A stretch of 52,339 nucleotides of DNA from an uncultured Bacteroidia bacterium (GCA_937995645.1 CALKJP010000068.1:1-52339); one strand, 5' to 3'; shown: positions 1-9,195, counted from the first letter of the stretch. Numbers and translations are program-made. Notes: a model not told the origin generated them from the letters alone.

Positions 1-204
1 AAAGAACTTGCTTTGCTTATTAAAGATATTGTGGGTTATAAAGGTGAATTAAGATTTGATACCTCTAAACCTGACGGTACTCCCCGCAAATTAATGGATG
101 TGTCTAAGCTACATTCATTTGGATGGAAGCATAAAATAGAACTTGAACATGGAATAAGAATGGTGTACGAAGATGTAATAGATTATTTAAATGAGCTGGT
201 GTAA
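1..204 (+). CDS. fcl: GDP-L-fucose synthase, C-terminal fragment (gene begins upstream of the window)
   Basis: The frame is open from base 1. The translation ...[47 protein letters not shown] resembles the conserved C-terminus of Fcl/WcaG epimerase-reductases. Confidence 0.8.
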   Translation, partial: KELALLIKDIVGYKGELRFDTSKPDGTPRKLMDVSKLHSFGWKHKIELEHGIRMVYEDVIDYLNELV

Positions 205-225
205 TTAATGTATAAATGAGTTAAT

Positions 226-1932
226 ATGCAAATGTATAAATGGCTTATCTCTTTTATTAAGTTTTCTGATAAATTGGGACAAGCATATTACTTTCACGAA
301 TTATTAATTGCTTACTGCCGGCCATTTTCCGTTTTTCGTATTTCATCTTTTTTATTTTTTCTTTTTTTAATTGTCATTAATTCCTTAAAAATAAAAGCCC
401 AGCAATTAGAATTGCCATTAAATAATCAGATAAACGAGAAATTTGAAAAATATCTTCAACATCCTGATAATAATGTTCAAACATCGTTCAAACCTTTAAT
501 TTACTCATTTGTAAAATATGATTCCTTAAAAATAGCTGAAAATGATTATCAAAAACATTTTATAAGAAAAACCTTTTTAGGACGAAAACTTAAGCAAGAA
601 AGTTTAATAGAAGTGAAGAAAGATGATTTTTACTTAAGCATTGATCCTTTAATTAATTTTTCATTAATGAATGATTTGGCAGATTCATCTTTGAGAGCAG
701 ATACTACCAATTTTTATATCAATACCAGAGGAATTTTAGTACAAGGAACCATTAATCAAAAATTTTCATTCGAGAGTTCTTTTTACGAAAACCAAGCATT
801 TTTTCCTGATTATTTGCATCGCTATGTTAAACAATATCGTATAGCGCCAGGGCAGGGTAGAGTAAAAGATTTTAAACGCGGAGGCTTTGATTATGCCATG
901 GCATCGGGGTACTTTTCTTATACACCTTTTAATACGGATAATTTCAAATGGAATATCCGCGCCGGACACGGCAAAAATTTTGTTGGCGAAGGTTATCGTT
1001 CTTTATTACTTTCTGATAATGCGTTTAATTATCCTTATGTTAAAAGTACGCTCGAATATGGAAAGTTTCAATATGTAAACACTTATGCAGTATTGCAAAG
1101 TTTAGAACGCACCAGAGTTTCTACAATTACAGAAAATTTGTTTTATAGAAAAAAAGCAACTTTTCATTATTTAGGTTTTAATCCTCACAAACGAATACAT
1201 ATTGGATTATTTGAAGGAATTATGTGGCAAATGCAGGATACCAATTCTGTTAAACCATTTGAGCCTACATTCGCTATGCCGATTATTTTTGCTAATTCTC
1301 TCCGATATGGTTTAAACGATGAGCACAATGCAATAGTTGGTCTTAATCTAAAATTTAAAGCACATAAAAAAATTACACTATACAGCCAATTAGTTTCTGA
1401 TGATTTTGAGAGCAGTAGATTTGCTTATCAGGCTGGAATAAAAGTTTTTGAGCTGCCTAAAAATCTTTTTATACAGTTGGAGTATAATAATATTAAACCT
1501 TTTACCTATTCGCATGCCATTCCATTGCAAAGCTACACGCATTATAATCAATCGCTCACACATCCATTAGGGGCAAATTTTAACGAGTTGCTATTAAGAA
1601 CTAGTTATAGTTTTAAAGATTTATTTATTCAATATCGTTATTCGCTTGCTCATATTGATAAAGATAATCAGGGTGGAAATTTTGGAAACGATATTTTTAA
1701 ATCGAATTACACCTCTGTACAAAATGATTTGTTTGCAAGACCAATAACCACCATATTAACCATTCAGGAAATAAGAGCAGGATATATCATTAATCGTAAA
1801 ACCAATATGCAACTTGCCGGCAGTTTATTTTTACGAACCGAGAATGCTATTCCGCTTGCTCCTATTCATAATTCATTTATTTATTCTATTTCGTTAAGTA
1901 CCAATTTAGCCAACTTTTATTACGATTTTTAA
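226..1932 (+). CDS. outer-membrane beta-barrel protein, RemB-like / capsule-assembly Wzi-like family (paralogue 1)
   Basis: 568-aa ORF with a signal-like hydrophobic segment ending ...SLKIKAQQ. The block GHGKNFVGEGYRSLLLSDNAFNYPYVK is shared with ORF 3043..4593. The C-terminus ...NFYYDF is typical of OM barrels. The family name is recalled from Bacteroidota annotations. The start codon is uncertain. Confidence 0.55.
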   Translation: MQMYKWLISFIKFSDKLGQAYYFHELLIAYCRPFSVFRISSFLFFLFLIVINSLKIKAQQLELPLNNQINEKFEKYLQHPDNNVQTSFKPLIYSFVKYDSLKIAENDYQKHFIRKTFLGRKLKQESLIEVKKDDFYLSIDPLINFSLMNDLADSSLRADTTNFYINTRGILVQGTINQKFSFESSFYENQAFFPDYLHRYVKQYRIAPGQGRVKDFKRGGFDYAMASGYFSYTPFNTDNFKWNIRAGHGKNFVGEGYRSLLLSDNAFNYPYVKSTLEYGKFQYVNTYAVLQSLERTRVSTITENLFYRKKATFHYLGFNPHKRIHIGLFEGIMWQMQDTNSVKPFEPTFAMPIIFANSLRYGLNDEHNAIVGLNLKFKAHKKITLYSQLVSDDFESSRFAYQAGIKVFELPKNLFIQLEYNNIKPFTYSHAIPLQSYTHYNQSLTHPLGANFNELLLRTSYSFKDLFIQYRYSLAHIDKDNQGGNFGNDIFKSNYTSVQNDLFARPITTILTIQEIRAGYIINRKTNMQLAGSLFLRTENAIPLAPIHNSFIYSISLSTNLANFYYDF

Positions 1933-1981
1933 CCTATTTTATGATAAAAGCTTTTAATTATATTTGCTTGCTGTTTGAAGA

Positions 1982-3037
1982 TTGGAAAAATTAATCATTA
2001 TACTTGTTTTTATCACCTCATTTTTGGTGGTGCTTTTATCAACACCTGCTTTGATAAAAGTGGCACTAATGAAGCGATTGTTTGATGAACCTGACCAAGA
2101 TCGCAAACTCCATGAGCGCAGAATACCTACTATTGGAGGTATTATAATTTTTGCTGCAACCATATTTTCTTTTTCATTATGGTATAGAGGTGGCACACCT
2201 AATCTATTACAATATCTGGTTGCTACCGGCTTGTTATTATTTTTTGTAGGGGTTAAAGACGATATAATTGGTACAGCTCCCGTAAAAAAACTACTGGCAC
2301 ATTTTATTGCAGCAGGTATTTTGGTATTAATGGCTGATGTAAGAATAACCTCCTTGCATGGTTTATTTGGGATACGCGAAATTCCAGAATGGGCAAGTAT
2401 AGGGTTGTCGGTTTTTGCATATATTGTTATAGTAAATGCCTTTAATTTAATTGATGGAGTAGATGGATTAGCTAGTGGAGTAGGAGCCATTGCTTCCTTT
2501 ATATTTGCATGGTTTTTTTATTCACAGGGAAGTTTTGTAATGGCATCGCTGGCATTGTCGTTATGTGGTGCTCTGCTTGGTTTTTTAATATTTAATTTCT
2601 CGCCTGCCAAAATATTCATGGGCGATTCAGGTTCTTTAACCATAGGATTGTTTATGTCAATTCTTGCTGTTAGATTGGTAGAATTTCCTTTAAATTTAAT
2701 GCATCACGATTATAAACTTGTTTCTAAGCCAATTTTAGCATTAGCTATTTTAGCATATCCATTAGTAGATACCTTTCGAGTTTTTCTTTATCGTACAATA
2801 AAAGGACAATCTCCTTTTACAGCCGACAGAAATCATTATCACCATCGTTTTCAGCGAGCAGGATTTAGCGATAAACAAACCGTATTAGTAATATACCTTT
2901 ATTCTATCATTATGCCTTTGTTAACCATTTTGCTTCAAAAATTAGATGGAACAAGTACTTTTTTTATAGTTTTTTCCGCTGCCTTTATCTTATTAGAATT
3001 ATCCCTGTTTATAGGTGAAAAATTGCTTAAAAAATAG
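1982..3037 (+). CDS. undecaprenyl-phosphate sugar-1-phosphate transferase, MraY/WecA (glycosyltransferase 4) family
   Basis: 351-aa polytopic membrane ORF with a TTG start. Family motifs KDDIIG, NAFNLIDGVDGLASG and FMGDSGSL are present. Confidence 0.85.
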   Translation: MEKLIIILVFITSFLVVLLSTPALIKVALMKRLFDEPDQDRKLHERRIPTIGGIIIFAATIFSFSLWYRGGTPNLLQYLVATGLLLFFVGVKDDIIGTAPVKKLLAHFIAAGILVLMADVRITSLHGLFGIREIPEWASIGLSVFAYIVIVNAFNLIDGVDGLASGVGAIASFIFAWFFYSQGSFVMASLALSLCGALLGFLIFNFSPAKIFMGDSGSLTIGLFMSILAVRLVEFPLNLMHHDYKLVSKPILALAILAYPLVDTFRVFLYRTIKGQSPFTADRNHYHHRFQRAGFSDKQTVLVIYLYSIIMPLLTILLQKLDGTSTFFIVFSAAFILLELSLFIGEKLLKK

Positions 3038-3042
3038 TAAGA

Positions 3043-4593
3043 ATGAGTCATAGCAAGAATTATATTTTGTTTTCTTTTATAATTCTTTGTTCAAACATCG
3101 TTTTTGCTCAGGCTATTCAAATTCCTTTAGATAATTCATATTACCATCGTTTTGATAAAGTGTTATATACTGTAGGGACCGATTTTCATCCACAGGTAAA
3201 ACCTTATTATCAAAATCAGTTAAATCAGATAAGTGGCTACGATAGTTTGTATCGTTATTTTTTTAATCCTAAATCAAGCAAGCAATCAGATTCAGTAAAA
3301 AATCAGCTTCACATCATTGCCAATCCAATTATAAATGCGCAGCTTGGTAATGAAAACTGGCAGGAGCTAAGTATGGGAATTAATGCAACTTTACAATATA
3401 AAAATGTAATAGGAGCAGGATTACAGTATAATTATGGTAACAGTTTATTTCCGCATTTTTTAGACACCTTTATTCAACAAAAAAACATAGTGCCGGGGCA
3501 AGGTTATGCATTTGTAAAAAACGGAAGATACACCTATCAAAATACCGCCGCATATCTCACCTATCAGCCATCCAACTATTTTTTATTTGAATTAGGAAAT
3601 GGCAAACATTTTATTGGCGATGGCTATCGTTCGCTCATGTTATCAGACAATGCTAATAATAATCCTTATTTTAAGATAAATACCAAGGTTTGGAAACTGC
3701 AATACACCAATTTATTTATGCAGTTAGATGATGTGCGCTTTAGCAATGGCAATCGAGCCGATTTTAAAAAGAAATATGCAGCAATGCATTACTTAAGCTG
3801 GAATTTAAACAAGCATTTAAATATTGGTTTTTTTGAATCCATTGTTTTTGAAACGCGCGACAGTACCGCAGCTTTTTATTACGATGTAAATTATTTAAAC
3901 CCCGTAATTTTTTACCGCCCGGTAGAATATTCCATTGGTTCGGGCGATAATGCCTTAATGGGTGTAAATGTGCGCTATCGTTTGTTTAATTGGCTTGTAG
4001 TTTACGGGCAAGCTGTTATTGATGAATTTTTATTGAAAGAAATCCGTGCACGTAATGGCTGGTGGGCAAATAAATATGCCTTACAAGTTGGTATGAAATG
4101 GATGGATTTATTCAGTATTAAAAATTTGTCTTTTCAATCTGAATACAATTTTGTGCGCCCTTTTACCTATACACATGGCAGCATATTACAAAATTACGGA
4201 CACTTTAATCAACCGTTGGCACACCCACAGGGCGCTAATTTTGAAGAAAACGTAATGATATTAAGCTATTATTACAAACGATTAGGCGTAGAATTAAAAT
4301 GGGTTAGAGTTTTTTATGGCGATGACGAAGCCACTATTTATTTCGGTAGAGATATTTATCGATCTTATCTCGAACGTCCAGCAGAATATGGCAATTATAT
4401 GGGGCAAGGCATTGCGACTAATTTAAACTGTTTAGATTTTAAAGTAGATTATTTAATTGTGCCAAGCATGCGCCTTTCACTATTTGCAGCTTATTCAAAC
4501 CGACAATTAAAAAATATCTATAACAATCAAAACGTACATTTTATAATCGGAGGCGTTTGTACGGCTATTGGTAACAAGTATTATGATTTTTAA
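3043..4593 (+). CDS. outer-membrane beta-barrel protein, RemB-like / Wzi-like family (paralogue 2)
   Basis: 516 aa with signal peptide ...IVFAQA. The blocks GNGKHFIGDGYRSLMLSDNANNNPYFK, ...RPFTYTHG..., ...HPQGANF... and the ending ...NKYYDF are colinear with ORF 226..1932. Confidence 0.55.
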   Translation: MSHSKNYILFSFIILCSNIVFAQAIQIPLDNSYYHRFDKVLYTVGTDFHPQVKPYYQNQLNQISGYDSLYRYFFNPKSSKQSDSVKNQLHIIANPIINAQLGNENWQELSMGINATLQYKNVIGAGLQYNYGNSLFPHFLDTFIQQKNIVPGQGYAFVKNGRYTYQNTAAYLTYQPSNYFLFELGNGKHFIGDGYRSLMLSDNANNNPYFKINTKVWKLQYTNLFMQLDDVRFSNGNRADFKKKYAAMHYLSWNLNKHLNIGFFESIVFETRDSTAAFYYDVNYLNPVIFYRPVEYSIGSGDNALMGVNVRYRLFNWLVVYGQAVIDEFLLKEIRARNGWWANKYALQVGMKWMDLFSIKNLSFQSEYNFVRPFTYTHGSILQNYGHFNQPLAHPQGANFEENVMILSYYYKRLGVELKWVRVFYGDDEATIYFGRDIYRSYLERPAEYGNYMGQGIATNLNCLDFKVDYLIVPSMRLSLFAAYSNRQLKNIYNNQNVHFIIGGVCTAIGNKYYDF

Positions 4594-4683
4594 CTTTAGA
4601 AATAATATTAATTAAAAGTTTTACTGTCTTTTTATTTTTGCCAATTCAAAAAAAAACAGACCTTTGCAAAGTTTTTTATACAC

Positions 4684-5580
4684 GTGCCGTCTGTAAAAAC
4701 ATATACGCAATCCAAAGAAGTGAATATAGCTTCCCGCCTTTCTGATTACATTAAATTAGCAAAACCGCGATTAGCATCCTTAGTGGTATTTTCTGCAGTA
4801 ATCAGTTATTTGTATGCAGCTTCCGAAATTAACTGGAACAAAGCTTTATTATTAGCCATTGGCGGTTTTTTAGTAACAGGAGCTTCAAATGCCATCAATC
4901 AAATTATTGAAAAAGATACTGATAAATTAATGTTGCGCACGCAAAATCGCCCTTTACCTCAGGAGCGAATAACTGTTGCTGAAGCATGGTTAGTTGCTGT
5001 TATAATGGCGACTATTGGTACTTTTATATTATACAAATATCTTAATCCGCTATGTGCCTATTATGGTTTTGGCGCACTGGTAGTTTATACGCTCATATAC
5101 ACACCGCTAAAAAAAGTAAGTCCACTAGCTGTATTTGTAGGTGCATTTCCGGGTGCGGTACCTCCTATGTTGGGATGGGTTGCCGAAACAGGTAAATTTG
5201 GTTTGCAGCCTGGTTTGTTATTTGCCATTCAGTTTATATGGCAGTTCCCACATTTTTGGTCAATAGCATGGGTTTTAGATGAAGATTATCAAAAAGCAGG
5301 ATTTAAATTGTTGCCTTCAGCGAGTGGCAGAGGCAAAGCAAGCGCTTATCAAATTTTATTTTACTCTATGGGTTTAATACCTATAGGATTAATGCCATAC
5401 ATTTTTGGTATGAGTGGTATTGTTTCAGCTGTTATTGTTACAATTTGCGGAGTTTTATTTACATGGCAATCGTTTAAACTTTTAAAGACTTGCGATGTTA
5501 AAGATGCATCACGTTTAATGTTTGCATCGTTTATATATTTACCCATTGTTCAAATTGCGCTTTGGTTAGATAAACTTTAA
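4684..5580 (+). CDS. cyoE: protoheme IX farnesyltransferase (heme O synthase)
   Basis: 298-aa UbiA-type membrane protein with a GTG start. It has the motif NQIIEKDTDKLMLRTQNRPLP and is the first gene of a cytochrome oxidase accessory operon. Confidence 0.9.
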   Translation: MPSVKTYTQSKEVNIASRLSDYIKLAKPRLASLVVFSAVISYLYAASEINWNKALLLAIGGFLVTGASNAINQIIEKDTDKLMLRTQNRPLPQERITVAEAWLVAVIMATIGTFILYKYLNPLCAYYGFGALVVYTLIYTPLKKVSPLAVFVGAFPGAVPPMLGWVAETGKFGLQPGLLFAIQFIWQFPHFWSIAWVLDEDYQKAGFKLLPSASGRGKASAYQILFYSMGLIPIGLMPYIFGMSGIVSAVIVTICGVLFTWQSFKLLKTCDVKDASRLMFASFIYLPIVQIALWLDKL

Positions 5581-5585
5581 AAAAT

Positions 5586-6176
5586 ATGGAAACAGTTTCT
5601 GGCTATACTCCCGATGAATTAAAGGAGATAAAAATTAGAACCAAAAAAATGTTGGTTTGGGTTGGTATTGCAAGTATTGTTATGCTATTTGCCGCCTTAA
5701 CCAGTGCAATTATTTTACGAAAAGCAGAAGGTAATTGGCTTGAATTTCCGATTCCTCCTATTTTTTATTTCAGCACAGCTGTAATTATAATAAGTAGTAT
5801 AACCATGATAATGGCATTAAATGCTGCAAAAAAAGATAATCAGCAGGGTATTAAAATGTGGTTATGGGGCACACTATTGTTGGGATTGTTATTTTCATAT
5901 ATGCAATATTTGGGGTGGGGAGAATTAATCGAAAATGGAGTGTATTTTGCAGGAAATCAGAGTAATCCGGCAGGTTCGTTTTTTTATGTACTAACAGGAT
6001 TACATGTTTTACACCTTTTAGGAGGAATCATCAATCTTGTAATAGTAATATTTAAAGCCCAAAAAGGTAAATATAATTCTTCTGAATATCTTGGAATTCA
6101 GCTTGTTGGTATTTATTGGCATTTTTTGGATATTTTATGGGTATATTTATTACTGTTTTTAATTTTTATTCATTAA
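5586..6176 (+). CDS. cytochrome c oxidase subunit III
   Basis: 196-aa multi-TM ORF ending with the subunit III signature ...GIYWHFLDILWVYLLLFL. Confidence 0.85.
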   Translation: METVSGYTPDELKEIKIRTKKMLVWVGIASIVMLFAALTSAIILRKAEGNWLEFPIPPIFYFSTAVIIISSITMIMALNAAKKDNQQGIKMWLWGTLLLGLLFSYMQYLGWGELIENGVYFAGNQSNPAGSFFYVLTGLHVLHLLGGIINLVIVIFKAQKGKYNSSEYLGIQLVGIYWHFLDILWVYLLLFLIFIH

Positions 6177-6219
6177 AATTGCAGCGATAATTTCAAAAAA
6201 AATATAAACCTTAATTAAT

Positions 6220-7092
6220 ATGTCAGCAACTACACATGTAGAAACAGGTAAAGCTTGGGGAGGAGCTTATCGTTCTCCATACGGAATCAGTTATGGAAAA
6301 ATGATGATGTGGTTCTTCTTGCTTTCAGATGCCTTAACATTTACCGGCTTTTTAACAGCATATGGTTTTATGCGTCATAAGTATCAGGATATTTGGCCTG
6401 TTGCAGGTGATGTGTTTACCCATTTCCCATTTGTTGATGGACACATAGAATTAGCCTATGTTGGATTGATGACCTTTATCTTAATTATGAGTTCTGTAAC
6501 TATGGTATTAGCCGTAGAGGCAGGACACCGTTTGGATAAAAACGGAGTAATTAAATGGATGATTTTAACCATTATCGGAGGGTTCATTTTCTTAGGTTCT
6601 CAGGCTTATGAGTGGTATCATTTTATACATGGAACTGAGCATGGCGCTTATGTAACACCAATGGGTGATGTGTTCCATATTGTTAAAGCCGATGAGCATG
6701 GTCATGCAGAAATGCTGAAAGAATGGGAAGAAGGAGCAGCTATTAAACCGGCTACCGTTCGTTTGTTTGATGGCTGGCAAGATAATCCGGGATTAATTAA
6801 AGGTGCAGATGCTGAAAAAATGCTTGCAGAGGCCAGATGGATTCAAGGTGCAAACCTTAAAGAAAACGAATATGGCCATCCCTTGTTTGGAGATTTCTTT
6901 TTCTTTATTACAGGTTTTCACGGTTTCCACGTATTTAGTGGGGTTGTAATTAATATTGTTATATTAATCGGAGTTATGTTAGGAATTTATCACAAGCGCG
7001 GGCACTATGAAATGGTTGAAAAAACAGGACTTTATTGGCATTTCGTTGACTTGGTTTGGGTATTTGTATTTACATTCTTCTATTTATTATAA
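6220..7092 (+). CDS. cytochrome c oxidase subunit III family protein (long form with a hydrophilic loop)
   Basis: 290 aa, ending ...GLYWHFVDLVWVFVFTFFYLL. It contains a roughly 90-aa His/Glu-rich soluble segment (HGTEHGAYVTPMGDVFHIVKADEHGHAEMLKEWEEG...). Confidence 0.8.
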   Translation: MSATTHVETGKAWGGAYRSPYGISYGKMMMWFFLLSDALTFTGFLTAYGFMRHKYQDIWPVAGDVFTHFPFVDGHIELAYVGLMTFILIMSSVTMVLAVEAGHRLDKNGVIKWMILTIIGGFIFLGSQAYEWYHFIHGTEHGAYVTPMGDVFHIVKADEHGHAEMLKEWEEGAAIKPATVRLFDGWQDNPGLIKGADAEKMLAEARWIQGANLKENEYGHPLFGDFFFFITGFHGFHVFSGVVINIVILIGVMLGIYHKRGHYEMVEKTGLYWHFVDLVWVFVFTFFYLL

Positions 7093-7124
7093 CAAATAAA
7101 TTCTAACTTTTAAAAACTATCAAT

Positions 7125-7493
7125 ATGCACAGAGATGATATAATTGAACCGGCATTAGAACATATACATGGAGAAGAAGAAGGAAAAAAGAAGCGAGCCG
7201 TAATTTGGAAAATATTTTGGTTATTATTAGTAGTAACAATAGTAGAAGTAGGTTTAGGTTTTAAATTTTCAAGAGTTCCTGATGCCAAACCTTTTTTACT
7301 TATTACATTTATTACCCTTACAATTGTAAAAGCATTTTACATTGTAATGTCATATATGCATTTAGGCGATGAAAAGAAAAATTTCCGTTGGACAGTTTTA
7401 GCTCCATTTATTTTATTTGCATTATACTTAATTTTTATCGTATTAACAGAAGCTATTTATAGTTTTAAAATGGACCAGAATTTTAACTGGTAA
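7125..7493 (+). CDS. cytochrome c oxidase subunit IV family small membrane protein
   Basis: 122 aa with three predicted TM helices (IFWLLLVVTIVEV..., ...FITLTIVKAFYIVMSYMHL...). Position and size fit caa3-type subunit IV. The ATG of the next gene overlaps its stop. Confidence 0.6.
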   Translation: MHRDDIIEPALEHIHGEEEGKKKRAVIWKIFWLLLVVTIVEVGLGFKFSRVPDAKPFLLITFITLTIVKAFYIVMSYMHLGDEKKNFRWTVLAPFILFALYLIFIVLTEAIYSFKMDQNFNW

Positions 7494-8212
7494 TGAGCAA
7501 TAATTCTGACAGTACTTTTAAAAGCAGCAGGACTCGTAATTTAATAATTCTACTTACCATCCTGCTGTTTCCTACTTTACTCTACTTCTTTTTAGCAACA
7601 GGTAAACATAATTTCATCTCATTGCCAATTTATGGCGAAAGAGAGCTTGTAACTAAAATTATAGATGGTAAAGAAGTTTCGGATACTATCTACCATACCA
7701 TCCCCGATTTTAAATTCGTTAATCAAAATGGAGATACCATTACAAAAAAGGATTTGGAAGGAAAAATTTATGTAGCTAATTATTTCTTTGCTACATGTCC
7801 GACTATTTGTCCCAAAATGGCGGTTAATTTAAAATACATTCAGGATCGTTTTATTGAAACCCCTGATGTAATGATTATTTCTCATACAGTAAATCCGGAG
7901 CATGATAGCGTACCGGTTTTAGCCGAATATGCTAAAACTGTTCATGCGAACAATGAGCGCTGGTTTTTTGTTACTGGTAATAAAGAAGATCTTTATCGAC
8001 TTGCCTTAGAGGGTTATCTATTAAATGCAAGTGAAGATGTATTAGCTCCCGGAGGTTTTTTACATTCAGAACAAGTGGTGCTGGTTGATAAAGAAGGAAG
8101 AATTAGAGGATTTTACGATGGTACAAGTATTTCTGAAATTAAAAAAAATCTTATTGACGATATTAAACTGCTAATTGCAGACTATATGAAACCAAGAAAG
8201 GAAAAGAAATAA
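7493..8212 (+). CDS. SCO1/SenC family copper chaperone
   Basis: 239 aa with an N-terminal TM anchor. It has a thioredoxin-like core with the CPTICP (CxxxC) motif and a downstream conserved His (ISHTVNPEHD). Confidence 0.85.
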   Translation: MSNNSDSTFKSSRTRNLIILLTILLFPTLLYFFLATGKHNFISLPIYGERELVTKIIDGKEVSDTIYHTIPDFKFVNQNGDTITKKDLEGKIYVANYFFATCPTICPKMAVNLKYIQDRFIETPDVMIISHTVNPEHDSVPVLAEYAKTVHANNERWFFVTGNKEDLYRLALEGYLLNASEDVLAPGGFLHSEQVVLVDKEGRIRGFYDGTSISEIKKNLIDDIKLLIADYMKPRKEKK

Positions 8213-8736
8213 TGGCAACACTTCAGAAAAAAAATCTAACACCATTTATTATTGCAGTATCAATTATTATTCCTATAGCTGTTGCTGTATTATTTTTTGC
8301 TCCTAAATTAGATATAGGCTCTAAGCTTACTTTTTTACCGGCCTTAAATGCATTCTTAAACGGCACTACCTCTGTTTTGTTAATTGCTGCATTTATTGCC
8401 ATAAAAAATAAAAATATTGAATTGCACCGCAAACTAATGCTAAGTGCTATAGGATTATCAGTTTTATTTTTATTATCATACATAACCTATCACGCTACTT
8501 CAGAGCCTACCATATATGGCGGTGAAGGGGCTTTAAAATCAATTTACTACTTTGTGCTTATTTCTCATATTATTTTGGCTGCAGTTATTGTGCCACTAGT
8601 GTTGATTTCTTTTGTGCGAGCTTTAAGCGAAAAATTCGATAAGCATCGTAAAATTGCCCGAATTACCCTACCTTTGTGGTTATATGTTACCATTACCGGA
8701 GTAATAGTTTATTTGATGATAGCTCCTTATTATTAA
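8212..8736 (+). CDS. DUF420 family membrane protein
   Basis: 174 aa with 4-5 TM helices and the motifs ...IELHRKLMLSA... and ...FDKHRKIARITLPLWLYV.... Its start overlaps the SCO1 stop (ATAATG). Confidence 0.7.
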   Translation: MATLQKKNLTPFIIAVSIIIPIAVAVLFFAPKLDIGSKLTFLPALNAFLNGTTSVLLIAAFIAIKNKNIELHRKLMLSAIGLSVLFLLSYITYHATSEPTIYGGEGALKSIYYFVLISHIILAAVIVPLVLISFVRALSEKFDKHRKIARITLPLWLYVTITGVIVYLMIAPYY

Positions 8737-8740
8737 TTTA

Positions 8741-8962
8741 ATGAAAAAAAATTTTTTCATACTATTTTTTTTACTTGCACTTATTTTAGTTGCAGATTCT
8801 GCTTTTGCACAATGTGCCATGTGTAAAGCAACTATCGAAACCGATGCCAGTGATGTAGGGAAAGGAGTTAATAATGCTATTTTATACATCATGGTTATTC
8901 CATATTTGCTTTTGGGGCTTATTGTAATAGTGTTTTACAGAAAAAAAATTTTTAAGAGTTAG
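8741..8962 (+). CDS. small exported/membrane protein with a CxxC motif
   Basis: 73 aa: signal peptide ...ADSAFAQ, then CAMCKATIETD, then a C-terminal TM helix ILYIMVIPYLLLGLIVIVFY. It is the last gene of the cox accessory operon. Confidence 0.45.
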   Translation: MKKNFFILFFLLALILVADSAFAQCAMCKATIETDASDVGKGVNNAILYIMVIPYLLLGLIVIVFYRKKIFKS

Positions 8963-8980
8963 TTATTGTTCTTTAAAAAA

Positions 8981-9127
8981 ACTTATCAAGAGGGGTGGAG
9001 AGATTGGCTCTATGAAACCCCGGCAAAGTGAAATCCCCCCATTGAGAAGGGATTTAGGATTATGCAGAGCAAGTCATAATCCACACCAGTGCCAAATCCT
9101 GTCCGCCTCAGGTGGATAAAGATAAGT
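8981..9127 (+). promoter_or_regulatory. SAM-I (S-box) riboswitch aptamer in the metH leader
   Basis: ACTTATCAAGAGGGGTGGAGAGATTGGCTCTATGAAACCCCGGCAA...AGTGCCAAATCCTGTC...GGATAAAGATAAGT matches the S-box core CUUAUCAAGAG-GGUGGAGGGA-UGGCCC-AUGAA-CC-GGCAA...GUGCCAA-UCC...AAAGAUGAG. The P1 (CTTATC/GATAAG) and P2 (GAG/CTC) pairs covary with it. Confidence 0.85.
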
Positions 9128-9162
9128 CGGAAAAAGATTTTAATGTTATAACAACAATTTAT

Positions 9163-9195
9163 AAGTCCCATCCGATTACGGTTGGGACTTTTGGT
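9163..9195 (+). terminator. putative riboswitch expression-platform hairpin (terminator-like)
   Basis: AAGTCCCA (9163-9170) pairs with TGGGACTT (9183-9190) and is followed by TTGGTTATT, just before the metH ATG at 9200. The U-tract is weak. Confidence 0.45.

Noticed and set aside
1954-2490. A minus-strand 178-aa ORF, plus other antisense ORFs inside long genes (for example 9010..9261, 9553..9816, 11959..12273, 45064..45414)
   Set aside because: They lie fully within well-supported genes or the riboswitch on the opposite strand. They have low-complexity or odd composition and no independent signals.
8981-9127. A cobalamin riboswitch upstream of B12-dependent metH
   Set aside because: The sequence matches the S-box/SAM-I core (CTTATCAAGAG...GGTGGAG...ATGAA...GGCAA...GTGCCAA.TCC...AAAGATAAG). 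I did not see a B12-box.
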